Below, piece by piece: positions 47,573 through 55,980 of a stretch of 64,000 bases of DNA; position 1 is the stretch's first letter, and each line of letters opens with the position of its first letter. Source of the stretch: Candidatus Omnitrophota bacterium. Its GTDB lineage: Bacteria > Omnitrophota > Omnitrophia > Omnitrophales > Aquincolibacteriaceae. The stretch is taken from positions 4,218-68,217 of the forward strand of contig JAFGHI010000015.1 of the NCBI GenBank assembly GCA_016930235.1, read 5' to 3'. The notes under the pieces were generated by a model. It did not search any database. It was not told the origin of the DNA and saw only the letters and a program-made list of their open reading frames with translations. The translations under genes were made by a program, and so were the position numbers.

Positions 47573-47863
47573 CTAGGTTCGGAACATAAAATAAGCGATG
47601 GCAATGACAATCAGGATGGAAATAATGTAGAAATTATTAAATCGCCAAAAATCACTCACCTTGGCCAAAAGGTTAATGCTGCTCTTCTTACGGTAGGAAA
47701 GAATATCACTTCGAAGATTAAGAGCGTCTTCCTTGCGGAAGCGGATATACGTTCCCCCGATTTTATATGCCCGCAATCTCCTTTGTTTCAAATAATGTTC
47801 GAGCTGCTCCTGATCAATCTCGAGGAATCTTTTGACTTCATCAACCGTTAGCATGTTATTCAT
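47573..47863 (-). CDS. Small membrane protein with N-terminal excisionase-type HTH and C-terminal TM helix
   Basis: LTVDEVKRFLEIDQEQLEHYLKQRRLRAYKIGGTYIRFRKEDA (HTH_17-like), then FYIISILIVIAIAYFMF. Confidence 0.5.
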   Translation of the reverse strand: MNNMLTVDEVKRFLEIDQEQLEHYLKQRRLRAYKIGGTYIRFRKEDALNLRSDILSYRKKSSINLLAKVSDFWRFNNFYIISILIVIAIAYFMFRT

Positions 47864-47981
47864 AATGCGTCTCTCGCTCTCCGCTAAAACCTATCCCGAA
47901 CAGGAAAGAAACCTTCCGCTCCGGAAGTTTCTGCCTGCCCTTGGTAAATAAGACAACAATCTCAAACTGGAAATGGATCGC

Positions 47982-48518
47982 TTAGGCCTTGACGTTCTCT
48001 TCCTGAATCCAGCGGTCCACAGACGCCTTCGAAAAAACCCAGCTGTTATTTTGATACTGGGCCGGGATCTTGCTCTGCTGAGCCCAATCCTCAACGACCT
48101 TGGCTTCCACTTCCAAATACTGAGCGACATCTTTAAGGGTCAGATAAACATCCGGGCTGTCATCCCCAGGGCGCAAATTCATCATCGAAATCTGCCCTTC
48201 AAGGACAGCACCTTCCGTCACACTCAGTTGAGGCGTCGAAATGTTCCCCCGAATAAGGGCGGGCGCGATCACGGACAAACTCTTCGTGGCTGCAATATCC
48301 CCCGTGATTTTCCCGGCGACAATAATCCGGTCCCCTTCAATGTTGGCTTTGACCTTGGCATTCTCACCAATGGTCAAGTTCCCCCGGGTTTCCAATTTTC
48401 CCTCAAAACTGCCGTTAATGCGTAGATTGACGGGATCCTTAAAGGTAATGGTCCCCTGCATACTCGCATCAACGTCGAGTATCTTTTCTTCCAGATCTCC
48501 ACTCTTTTTCTTCGCCAT
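47982..48518 (-). CDS. Bactofilin-family cytoskeletal protein fused to a C-terminal excisionase-type HTH
   Basis: Beta-helical bactofilin repeats (GNLTIGENAKVKANIEGDRIIVAGKITGDIAA...LEGQISMM), then LTLKDVAQYLEVEAKVVEDWAQQSKIPAQYQNNSWVFSKASVDRWIQ. Confidence 0.7.
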   Translation of the reverse strand: MAKKKSGDLEEKILDVDASMQGTITFKDPVNLRINGSFEGKLETRGNLTIGENAKVKANIEGDRIIVAGKITGDIAATKSLSVIAPALIRGNISTPQLSVTEGAVLEGQISMMNLRPGDDSPDVYLTLKDVAQYLEVEAKVVEDWAQQSKIPAQYQNNSWVFSKASVDRWIQEENVKA

Positions 48519-48693
48519 GGAAGAATCCTCCTTTATTCCTCGTTTGCCCGACTTAAAATGGTAATTTTTTGATTGTTAAAAAAGGGCGCTTCATTATCCC
48601 ATAATTGATCGAAGAGTAAAGTAAAAAAGGCGGTTTGGACGGGATAACGGAAACGTTGAAGATTTGCTCAGGCTCCGGTAAAATCTTATAGCT

Positions 48694-50166
48694 ATGCTGA
48701 TCCGTTCAACACTCTTAATCGGTGTGACCAGCTTTTGGTTAACGATGATGAGTATGCTCATCGGCCGTGAGTTTTTCGAGCTCACGCCCATTCAAACCGC
48801 CTACGAAGTCCTTCCGCTCACGACAGGACAGTTAAGGCGGGAAGACCAAGGGATCTATCTTGGAAACCGGCGCATCGGTCTTTCTTTCTCCCGGCTTGAG
48901 GCCGATCCGGAAAAGGAAACCGCCTTCGAGCTTCACGTGCATACTTATATGTCTTTTTTCCTGCTTGGCGAACGCGTCGAAATGCTGGTGAAGGGAAAGG
49001 CAAAATTGGATGAGTCATTTTATCTCAAGCGTTTTGCGATCAAAATCACCTCCCAAGATTATTGGACGGAACTCCAGGGCGAAGTCCTGGACCATACGAT
49101 CAACCTTGTCGTTGAAGAGAAAGACACGGCGGCCGATAGACGCTTAATCCCGATTAAAGGTCCTATCCTCTTCTCAGAATCGCTGGATTATCTTTGGACC
49201 CCCGAAAACCTCAAAACCGGAAAACGGGGCCGGCTGCAAATCTTCAACCCCATGGTCGCCAACCCCGAGGACATCGAATTCCGGGTCGGAGAAAAAGAAA
49301 CCATGAACTACCGGGGTGAAACAAAAGAGGTCTATCGGGTCTACCTGAAAAAGGGCGAAATCGAAACGACTTCCTGGGTGACCCCGGAAGGGATCACGCT
49401 TCAAAAGGAAAGCTATACGGGACTTCTCTTCGTAAAAGAACCCGCCTGGGAGCTTTACGAAGCTATGAGGAACGAGATGAGTTCCCCGCCTGACCTTCCC
49501 AATCTCTTTTCGATCCCGACAAACCAAATACTCGGGGACCTGGAAAACTTATCTTACCTGAAGGCCGTCTTAAAATCTCAAGACAAAGAAGAAATCGTGG
49601 AGATCACACGCCGGCCCTTAAGTGAAGTGAAAGATCTTCCTTGGCCCGTTAAAACCGAAGATCCGTCTTTTGATGTATATCTGAATCCTTCTGTCTTCAT
49701 TCAATCGGATGACGGCGAAATTAAAGCCAAAGCGCGCGAAATTGTCGGCGAAGAAACCACCGCGCTGGGGGCCAGCCTCAAAATCATGAAATGGGTCCAC
49801 AAAAATATGAATCCACTCCCAACGGTGGGAATCCCTTCAGCCAAACAGATTCTGACCACGCTGAAAGGAGACTGCAACGAATACACGGCCCTTTTCACCG
49901 CCCTTACCCGTTCGCTTGGGATCCCCACCAAGATGATTGCCGGACTCGTTTACCGGGACGGCCGTTTCTTTTATCACGCGTGGCCCGAGGTTTATACCGG
50001 CCAATGGGTCAGCCTGGATCCGACCTTCAATCAAGCCCCGAGTGATGTCGGGCATATCCCCCTTCTTGACGGAGATTTGAAGGAACAAATCAACCTTGTG
50101 AGCCGCTTAGGCCAAACCAAAGTTTTGATCCTTGAAACAAAAAAAGACAGCGAGAAAAAACTATGA
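48694..50166 (+). CDS. Transglutaminase-like cysteine protease superfamily protein with N-terminal membrane anchor
   Basis: Core GDCNEYTALFTALTRSLGIPTKMIAGLVYRDGRFFYHAWPEVY (Cys-His-Asp triad context). N-terminal TM LLIGVTSFWLTMMSMLIG. Confidence 0.8.
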   Translation: MLIRSTLLIGVTSFWLTMMSMLIGREFFELTPIQTAYEVLPLTTGQLRREDQGIYLGNRRIGLSFSRLEADPEKETAFELHVHTYMSFFLLGERVEMLVKGKAKLDESFYLKRFAIKITSQDYWTELQGEVLDHTINLVVEEKDTAADRRLIPIKGPILFSESLDYLWTPENLKTGKRGRLQIFNPMVANPEDIEFRVGEKETMNYRGETKEVYRVYLKKGEIETTSWVTPEGITLQKESYTGLLFVKEPAWELYEAMRNEMSSPPDLPNLFSIPTNQILGDLENLSYLKAVLKSQDKEEIVEITRRPLSEVKDLPWPVKTEDPSFDVYLNPSVFIQSDDGEIKAKAREIVGEETTALGASLKIMKWVHKNMNPLPTVGIPSAKQILTTLKGDCNEYTALFTALTRSLGIPTKMIAGLVYRDGRFFYHAWPEVYTGQWVSLDPTFNQAPSDVGHIPLLDGDLKEQINLVSRLGQTKVLILETKKDSEKKL

Positions 50167-50906
50167 ATCCAATTCTAAAAATCCAAGGACTGAAAAAAAA
50201 TTACGAAAAAAAAGAGGCCGTCAAAGGCATTGACCTTGAGATCCGGGAGGGCGAGCTCTTTTCCCTGCTCGGACCCAACGGGGCCGGCAAAACCACCACC
50301 CTCAAGATGCTGGTCGGCCTTTTGAAACCGACGTCGGGAGAGATCCGTATCGGCGGGTTTGACATAGTCCGGAACCCGATCGAGGCCAAAAAAATCATCA
50401 GTTTTGTCCCGGACGTCCCTTATATTTATGACAAATTGACCCCCTGGGAATTCCTTCGGTTTATCGGAAAACTTTACGCGATCGAACCCAAAACGTCAAA
50501 CGATCGCGCCGCGGAACTCCTCAAATTTTTCGAGATGTGGTCCTACCGGGACGTCTTGATCGAAGAATTCTCCCACGGAATGAAGCAAAAAATTATTCTC
50601 TCGGGAGCTCTTCTTCCCGAACCAAAAGTTTTTATCCTGGACGAACCGATGGTCGGCCTGGACCCGGTCAGTATCCATAGTTTCAAGGAAATGATGAAGC
50701 GCAAAGCCAAGGAAGGGATGACCATTATTTTTTCGACCCACACCCTGGCTTGGGCCGAGGAACTGGCGGACCGGATCGGGATTATTCACCAGGGCCGTTT
50801 GATCTCCCTGGGCACTTTATCGCAACTCCAGCAGCAATTCCAGTCGAGGGAAAACCTGGAAGAAATGTTTATGAGCCTGGTGGCCAAGGAAAACGAATCC
50901 GTTTAA
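50163..50906 (+). CDS. ABC transporter ATP-binding protein
   Basis: Walker A GPNGAGKTT, signature LSGALLPE..., Walker B FILDEP, H-loop. Start overlaps the stop of the transglutaminase gene. Confidence 0.9.
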   Translation: MNPILKIQGLKKNYEKKEAVKGIDLEIREGELFSLLGPNGAGKTTTLKMLVGLLKPTSGEIRIGGFDIVRNPIEAKKIISFVPDVPYIYDKLTPWEFLRFIGKLYAIEPKTSNDRAAELLKFFEMWSYRDVLIEEFSHGMKQKIILSGALLPEPKVFILDEPMVGLDPVSIHSFKEMMKRKAKEGMTIIFSTHTLAWAEELADRIGIIHQGRLISLGTLSQLQQQFQSRENLEEMFMSLVAKENESV

Positions 50907-50912
50907 ATCGAT

Positions 50913-52568
50913 ATGAAAACATTTTATTCCCTTCTAGAACTTAAAGCGGCTATGATCCGCAATGCCTTCCGGAAACTCCTGACACGGTCAAAGTTTGAGT
51001 TGATCACGCTGATCTTCTTTTTTCTCGTGACCGGTATCGGGCTTTTTATTTTTTTTCATCAGGGATTCCGATTCTTTAAAGGCCAGGAACCTTTCGGCTC
51101 GATCCTGATCGACCAAACTTTTTATCTCTTTAATTTCGTCCTTTTTACGATGCTTTTTGTCTCTTCGGCGATTTCCTCGTACGCGTCACTTTTCCGTTCC
51201 AATGAAGTGGTCTTTCTATTGGCCAGGCCGATTCCCTGGAACCAGGTCTATTTCTTGAAAGTGACAGAGGCCGTATGGTTCAGTTCCTGGGCCTTCCTCT
51301 TTCTGGCAGTTCCTTTTATGAGCGCTTACGGATTAAGCAAGGAGGTCCCCTGGTTAGTGATCCTTCTTCTGACCTTTCTTTTTTATCTGCCCTTTGTTTT
51401 GCTGGCAGGCGTTTTAGGGACGATCGCTTCTGTCCTGACGGTTTGGCTGCTGCCCAACCGGCAAAGCCGGCATATTGCACTTCTGATTGCCGTAGCGATT
51501 GCTATTCTTTTCCTCTTTAAAACCGGCCCGGAAGCGATTCAAGAGCAGGGCTCGGTCGCAAGCATTCTGAGCGGTTATTTGCCGCAGGTCACGTTCTCAA
51601 AATACCCGCTCTTGCCTTCGGCCTGGACCACCCAAGGGATCCTGGCCCTCACTTCAGACCCGGGATCACTCTGGCGGTGGAGTGACGGGACCTTTTACCT
51701 GCTTGTCTTACTATCCAACTTATTCTTTTTCATGATCCCGTCTTATTCGATCGGCTGTCTCCTCTTCCCAAAAACTTATTTGCGCGCGCAGGATCACGGA
51801 GAGTCTGATCCCAAGAAAAGGGCCCGCATTCACCGGCACCTGGAAAGCTGGCTCGACCGGATCCCGTTTACCTCGCGCTCAGCGATGGCCTTTCTCGAAA
51901 AAGACATCAAGACATTTTCACGGGAGGCCTCGGAATGGTCCCAGCTCATCATTTTCTTCGGGCTGCTTTTAGTCTATTTTCTTAACTTGAAAAATCTGGA
52001 GTTTCATATCCTGAAGGATTTCTGGAAGAATCTGGTCTTTATCTTAAACACCGTCGGAACGTACGTCGTCCTCTCAAGTTTCAGTATGCGTTTTGTCTTT
52101 CCGATGCTGTCCCTGGAAGGTTCGCGCGCGTGGATTATCGGGGTCGCTCCGATCCGTTTGTCGTCTCCGGTCTTTGAGAAATTCTTCCTCGGGACCTTTG
52201 TCTCGGCCCTTTTGACACTGCCCCTCGTTTATCTTTCCGGCTGGCTGCTTGAAATCCCAATGGAACGGGTCTTCTTCACAACCGGCCTGGGATTTTTTGT
52301 CTGTATCGCTTTGACGGGACTTTCGGTGGGATTGGGTGCCATCTTCCCCAATTTCAAATCGACAAACCCTTCGGAAATTATCTCGGGATTCGGCGGCGCC
52401 ATGGTCTTAACCACTCACTTGGGCTATTTGACCGCTATCGGACTCGCCCTTTTTCTTTTTAAGGACCCCAGCGGGCCTGCCTTTCTCAGTCTTGCCCTCG
52501 CAAGCCTTGCGGTGGGAATATTTCCCCTTCAACTCGGCATCCGGGCCTTAAAGAAAATGGAATTCTGA
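50913..52568 (+). CDS. Polytopic ABC exporter permease (putative)
   Basis: 551 aa with about 12-14 hydrophobic helices. No other motif. Directly follows the ATPase. Confidence 0.65.
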   Translation: MKTFYSLLELKAAMIRNAFRKLLTRSKFELITLIFFFLVTGIGLFIFFHQGFRFFKGQEPFGSILIDQTFYLFNFVLFTMLFVSSAISSYASLFRSNEVVFLLARPIPWNQVYFLKVTEAVWFSSWAFLFLAVPFMSAYGLSKEVPWLVILLLTFLFYLPFVLLAGVLGTIASVLTVWLLPNRQSRHIALLIAVAIAILFLFKTGPEAIQEQGSVASILSGYLPQVTFSKYPLLPSAWTTQGILALTSDPGSLWRWSDGTFYLLVLLSNLFFFMIPSYSIGCLLFPKTYLRAQDHGESDPKKRARIHRHLESWLDRIPFTSRSAMAFLEKDIKTFSREASEWSQLIIFFGLLLVYFLNLKNLEFHILKDFWKNLVFILNTVGTYVVLSSFSMRFVFPMLSLEGSRAWIIGVAPIRLSSPVFEKFFLGTFVSALLTLPLVYLSGWLLEIPMERVFFTTGLGFFVCIALTGLSVGLGAIFPNFKSTNPSEIISGFGGAMVLTTHLGYLTAIGLALFLFKDPSGPAFLSLALASLAVGIFPLQLGIRALKKMEF

Positions 52569-52678
52569 TTTCGAGCCTTCTTAAAACCATTCAAACCGGT
52601 TCTCGTCCCCGCTCAGCACAATCTATCCACCGAAATCTTCCGTAATCGATAGGAAAACAGTTGTTTTGGGGTTGTCCC

Positions 52679-52707
52679 TTGACTTATCAAAAACGATAAG
52701 TTATTAT
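52679..52707 (+). promoter_or_regulatory. Promoter with embedded palindromic operator upstream of the toxin-antitoxin pair
   Basis: TTGACT-17 nt-TATTAT. The spacer contains the inverted repeat ACTTATC-AAAAAC-GATAAGT. The -10 ends about 9 nt before the toxin ATG (near-leaderless). Confidence 0.5.
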
Positions 52708-52715
52708 TATTGATA

Positions 52716-52988
52716 ATGTGGCGAATCCAAGAGCATAAAGATATTGCCAAGCTTTGTCGCAAGTTACCCGAACATATCGTCAAGAAATATGAAGTTTGGA
52801 AAAACATCGTATTCCGACACGGTCCCGGCAAATTGAAAGAATTCCCAGGACTTCACGATGAGGCGCTTAAGGGTGAACGAAAAGGCAAGCGTTCTTCACG
52901 TCTGAGTTTGCAGTATCATGTCGTCTATACGGTTCGACATGACATTGTGACGGTTTATGTATTAGAGATTACGCCCCATCGTTATTAG
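52716..52988 (+). CDS. RelE/ParE-superfamily toxin (HigB-like, toxin-first arrangement)
   Basis: C-terminal LKGERKGKRSSRLSLQYHVVYTVRHDIVTVYVLEITPHRY follows the RelE/HigB fold pattern. ATG at 52716 preferred over the TTG at 52710. Confidence 0.6.
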   Translation: MWRIQEHKDIAKLCRKLPEHIVKKYEVWKNIVFRHGPGKLKEFPGLHDEALKGERKGKRSSRLSLQYHVVYTVRHDIVTVYVLEITPHRY

Positions 52989-53000
52989 GAGGTTGTTCCA

Positions 53001-53279
53001 ATGCCAAAGAATAGAGAAAATGAATTTGTGCCCGCGAAGAAGCATGCCAGTCTGACAACCGGCGAAGTCATTCGCATGCTCCGTGAACTTAAGGGCTGGA
53101 CTCAGGAAGAATTGGCCAACCGCTCGGGAATTACAGCCACCAACATCAGTTCGCTTGAGAACGGCCGAGTCGAGATCGGCAAGAAACGCGCAGAGCAGCT
53201 TGCCGCAGCATTCAAGATCCACCCCGCAATTATTATGTTTCCGGAATATGAAGAGGGTACTGTTCTAAAAGCTGCTTGA
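53001..53279 (+). CDS. XRE-family HTH antitoxin (HigA-like)
   Basis: TTGEVIRMLRELKGWTQEELANRSGITATNISSLENGR. RBS AGGAGG 7 nt upstream. 12 nt after the toxin stop. Confidence 0.65.
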   Translation: MPKNRENEFVPAKKHASLTTGEVIRMLRELKGWTQEELANRSGITATNISSLENGRVEIGKKRAEQLAAAFKIHPAIIMFPEYEEGTVLKAA

Positions 53280-53304
53280 CACAACTTCACGGCAGGGGGT
53301 TTTC

Positions 53305-55128
53305 TTACTTTTCCAACTCGTCCAGTTTTTCCTGCAGGCTGCACCACTCGCTTTCGGCCTTTTCGATATAGATCTGGATATTCTTCAGGCGGACGTTGCG
53401 GTCTTTGGAAAAATAGAAGGGGTTCTTGCGGATCTCTTCCAGCAGTTTATTGCGTTCCTCCGTATGATGACTGATACGTTTCTCCACTTTGGTCATCTCT
53501 CTTTTGACCTTTGCGATCTCCGACTTCAATTTCTTCTTCTGAACGTATTCCTTGGTCACCGGCTCTTCCTTCCTGGAAGAATGTTCTTGGGCCTTTTGAT
53601 GCGTCCTTCCGGAGACGGGCGAGGGCGCTTCCACTTCCTCGCCCCGGGCAAGACTCTCCAGGGAATAAACGTAATCCTCATAAGTCCCGGGATAGCGAAT
53701 GATCTTACCTTTCTTGATCTCGAGAATATATTGAGCCACAAGATTCACGAAGGTGCGGTCGTGGCTGATGAAAAAGATCATTCCTTCGAATCTTTTGAGC
53801 GCACGCCCCAGGGCCTCCACGGTTTCAAAATCCAGATGGTTGGTCGGTTCATCCAAAAGCAGGACCTGACTTTTTGAGAGAAGCAATCCCGCCAGGACCA
53901 GCCGCGCGCGTTCCCCGCCGCTTAGGACCTTGATCTTCTTTTTGACGTCATCCCCCTTGAAAAGAAAACAGCCGGCCATCGTGAGGATTTCCTGATTCGT
54001 CACGCCCTCTGCGCTTTCGCGCATCAGATGGGCATAGATATTATCTTCCGGATCCAGAACGGAAAAAACATGCTGGGCATAATAGGCAACTTTCAGACCC
54101 GCGGCCCACCGGAAAGTCCCGCCTTTGGCGGCTAGGTCCCCGGCAATGGTCCGAAGAAAAGTGGTTTTGCCTTCGCCGTTGTCCCCCAGGATCGCGACAT
54201 GTTTTCCGCGGTCAATATCCAGGCAAATCCCGCTGGCCACATCCTTCTCGGAATAACCGATCCCGAGGTCCTCGCAGGAAAAACCGGGGCCGACTTTGGG
54301 TTCAACGGGCGGGATATAAATACGTACGCGGCCCGTCTCGTGTGCAATTTCAATCGTCTTAAGCTTTGCGATCTGTTTCATCTTGGACTGCGCCCGCGTT
54401 GCGGTTGAAGCCTTCGCACGAAATCGGTCCACGAAAGCCTGAAGCTGGCTGCGTTTTTTTTCGATCCCCCGGTTGTAGGCCTGAATCTGCGCAAGCTGCT
54501 CTTCCTTAAACTCGAAATACTCCTCGATGTCCCCGGGATAAAGCGTGAGTTCGCCGTTTTCCACTTCGAGGGTGTGGTCGCAGGTCCGTTTCAGGAATTC
54601 GCGGTCGTGGGAAACGATCAGGTACCCGCCCCTGAAATCGAGAAGGAAATTCTCAAGGAGGATCATCGTGCTCAAATCCAGGTAATTACTCGGCTCATCG
54701 AGAATCAAAAAATTCGGATCTCCCAAAAGCATGGCGGCAAGCTTGACCCGGGTTTGATAGCCGCCGGGAAGATTCCCGACCGGTTCATTTAACATTTCAT
54801 TTTTGAGTTGAAAACGCGCCGCTGTCTGGCCGCATTCCCAGTGCTCACTACCGGTCACACGCATCAGAAAATCCAGGACGGTTTCCCCGGGCTTGAAGGT
54901 ATCGTGCTGTTCGAGATAACTCAGTCGGAGTGACTTGTTGCGGGTTATGTCACCGCTGTCGGCCGTTTCGTGACCGGTGATGATGCGGCAAAGCGTCGAC
55001 TTCCCGGCCCCGTTTCGTCCGATCATGCCGATCTTTTGGTCGTTCGAAAAGGACGCGGTCGCGTCTTCCAAAATGCGGGACGCCCCGTAGGCTTTCGAGA
55101 TATCTTTGATCTGAAGAAGAACCGTCAT
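53305..55128 (-). CDS. ABC-F family ATPase (tandem ABC domains, no TMD) with C-terminal coiled-coil tail
   Basis: Two Walker A motifs (GRNGAGKST, GDNGEGKTT), two LSGG signatures, inter-domain linker. 607 aa. Confidence 0.9.
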   Translation of the reverse strand: MTVLLQIKDISKAYGASRILEDATASFSNDQKIGMIGRNGAGKSTLCRIITGHETADSGDITRNKSLRLSYLEQHDTFKPGETVLDFLMRVTGSEHWECGQTAARFQLKNEMLNEPVGNLPGGYQTRVKLAAMLLGDPNFLILDEPSNYLDLSTMILLENFLLDFRGGYLIVSHDREFLKRTCDHTLEVENGELTLYPGDIEEYFEFKEEQLAQIQAYNRGIEKKRSQLQAFVDRFRAKASTATRAQSKMKQIAKLKTIEIAHETGRVRIYIPPVEPKVGPGFSCEDLGIGYSEKDVASGICLDIDRGKHVAILGDNGEGKTTFLRTIAGDLAAKGGTFRWAAGLKVAYYAQHVFSVLDPEDNIYAHLMRESAEGVTNQEILTMAGCFLFKGDDVKKKIKVLSGGERARLVLAGLLLSKSQVLLLDEPTNHLDFETVEALGRALKRFEGMIFFISHDRTFVNLVAQYILEIKKGKIIRYPGTYEDYVYSLESLARGEEVEAPSPVSGRTHQKAQEHSSRKEEPVTKEYVQKKKLKSEIAKVKREMTKVEKRISHHTEERNKLLEEIRKNPFYFSKDRNVRLKNIQIYIEKAESEWCSLQEKLDELEK

Positions 55129-55203
55129 TTTTTAATTTTAACCAAAACCTCGAGAGAAACAAAGGATTGTTTGAAGAATTTTCAAGCCAAGACATCCGTT
55201 CTT

Positions 55204-55926
55204 ATGCTAGGCTACCTGCGGTCATATTGTTTTTCACCTCAAAGGAATCAAAAAGAGGCCGTTACTTCTACAACCGTGAAAATTCAATTATGGGTCTTTC
55301 CCGTTCTTCTTTTAATGGCCGTTGCGCGCGTGGGGCTTTCTGTCGCTCCCGAGGAAAACAGCTGGGATGAAGACAAACCCAAAAAGGACATTTCGGTTTA
55401 TCACCGCGCAGTGGAAGGCACCCATCGCAAAGACGTGAAAGCGGTCACGGCCCTGAAGGTCCCGAAAGAAAAGGTCATGGCAGCGCTCCGGGCCACCGAG
55501 CTTTCCTCCGAGTGGATGTATGCACTCGAAACCTCCGAGATTTTCGAAACGACCGAAGAGGGGCATACCGTTTACTATTTTTACTGGAATGTTCTGCCGC
55601 CCTTCCCCGACCACGACACTTATCTCATTCGCGAGGAAGAACCGGGTCCCTCCCCTGAAATAACGATTTTTCGGCACACTTATTATGACGGAGGATATCC
55701 CAAAAAAGACGGCCTGAGCCGCATGGATACCTTTGGATGCCTCTGGGAAATCGAAGCCCTGGGCCCTGAAGCAACAAAGATAGCTTTGACGCTCCAAGCC
55801 AACCCTAGCGGGACAATCCCCGCCTGGTTTGTCAATTATATGACGACCCTGAATGCCACCGAAAGTCTCGAAGGCCTCAAAAAATTTATCCTGGAAGAAC
55901 GGTACCAAAAGGCCCAGGCAGGCTAA
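55204..55926 (+). CDS. Secreted START/SRPBCC-like lipid-binding domain protein
   Basis: Hydrophobic leader IQLWVFPVLLLMAVARVGLSVA, then WDEDKPKKDISVYHRAVEGTHRKDVKAVTALKVPKEKVMAAL...YYFYWNVLPPFPDHDTYLIRE, typical of START domains. Start at MLGYL chosen to avoid overlap with the ABC-F gene. Exact start uncertain. Confidence 0.5.
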   Translation: MLGYLRSYCFSPQRNQKEAVTSTTVKIQLWVFPVLLLMAVARVGLSVAPEENSWDEDKPKKDISVYHRAVEGTHRKDVKAVTALKVPKEKVMAALRATELSSEWMYALETSEIFETTEEGHTVYYFYWNVLPPFPDHDTYLIREEEPGPSPEITIFRHTYYDGGYPKKDGLSRMDTFGCLWEIEALGPEATKIALTLQANPSGTIPAWFVNYMTTLNATESLEGLKKFILEERYQKAQAG

Positions 55927-55980
55927 AACTGAAAATCCGTTGGACATCTCTTTAAACTTTCCCTAGAATCTTTTTACACA

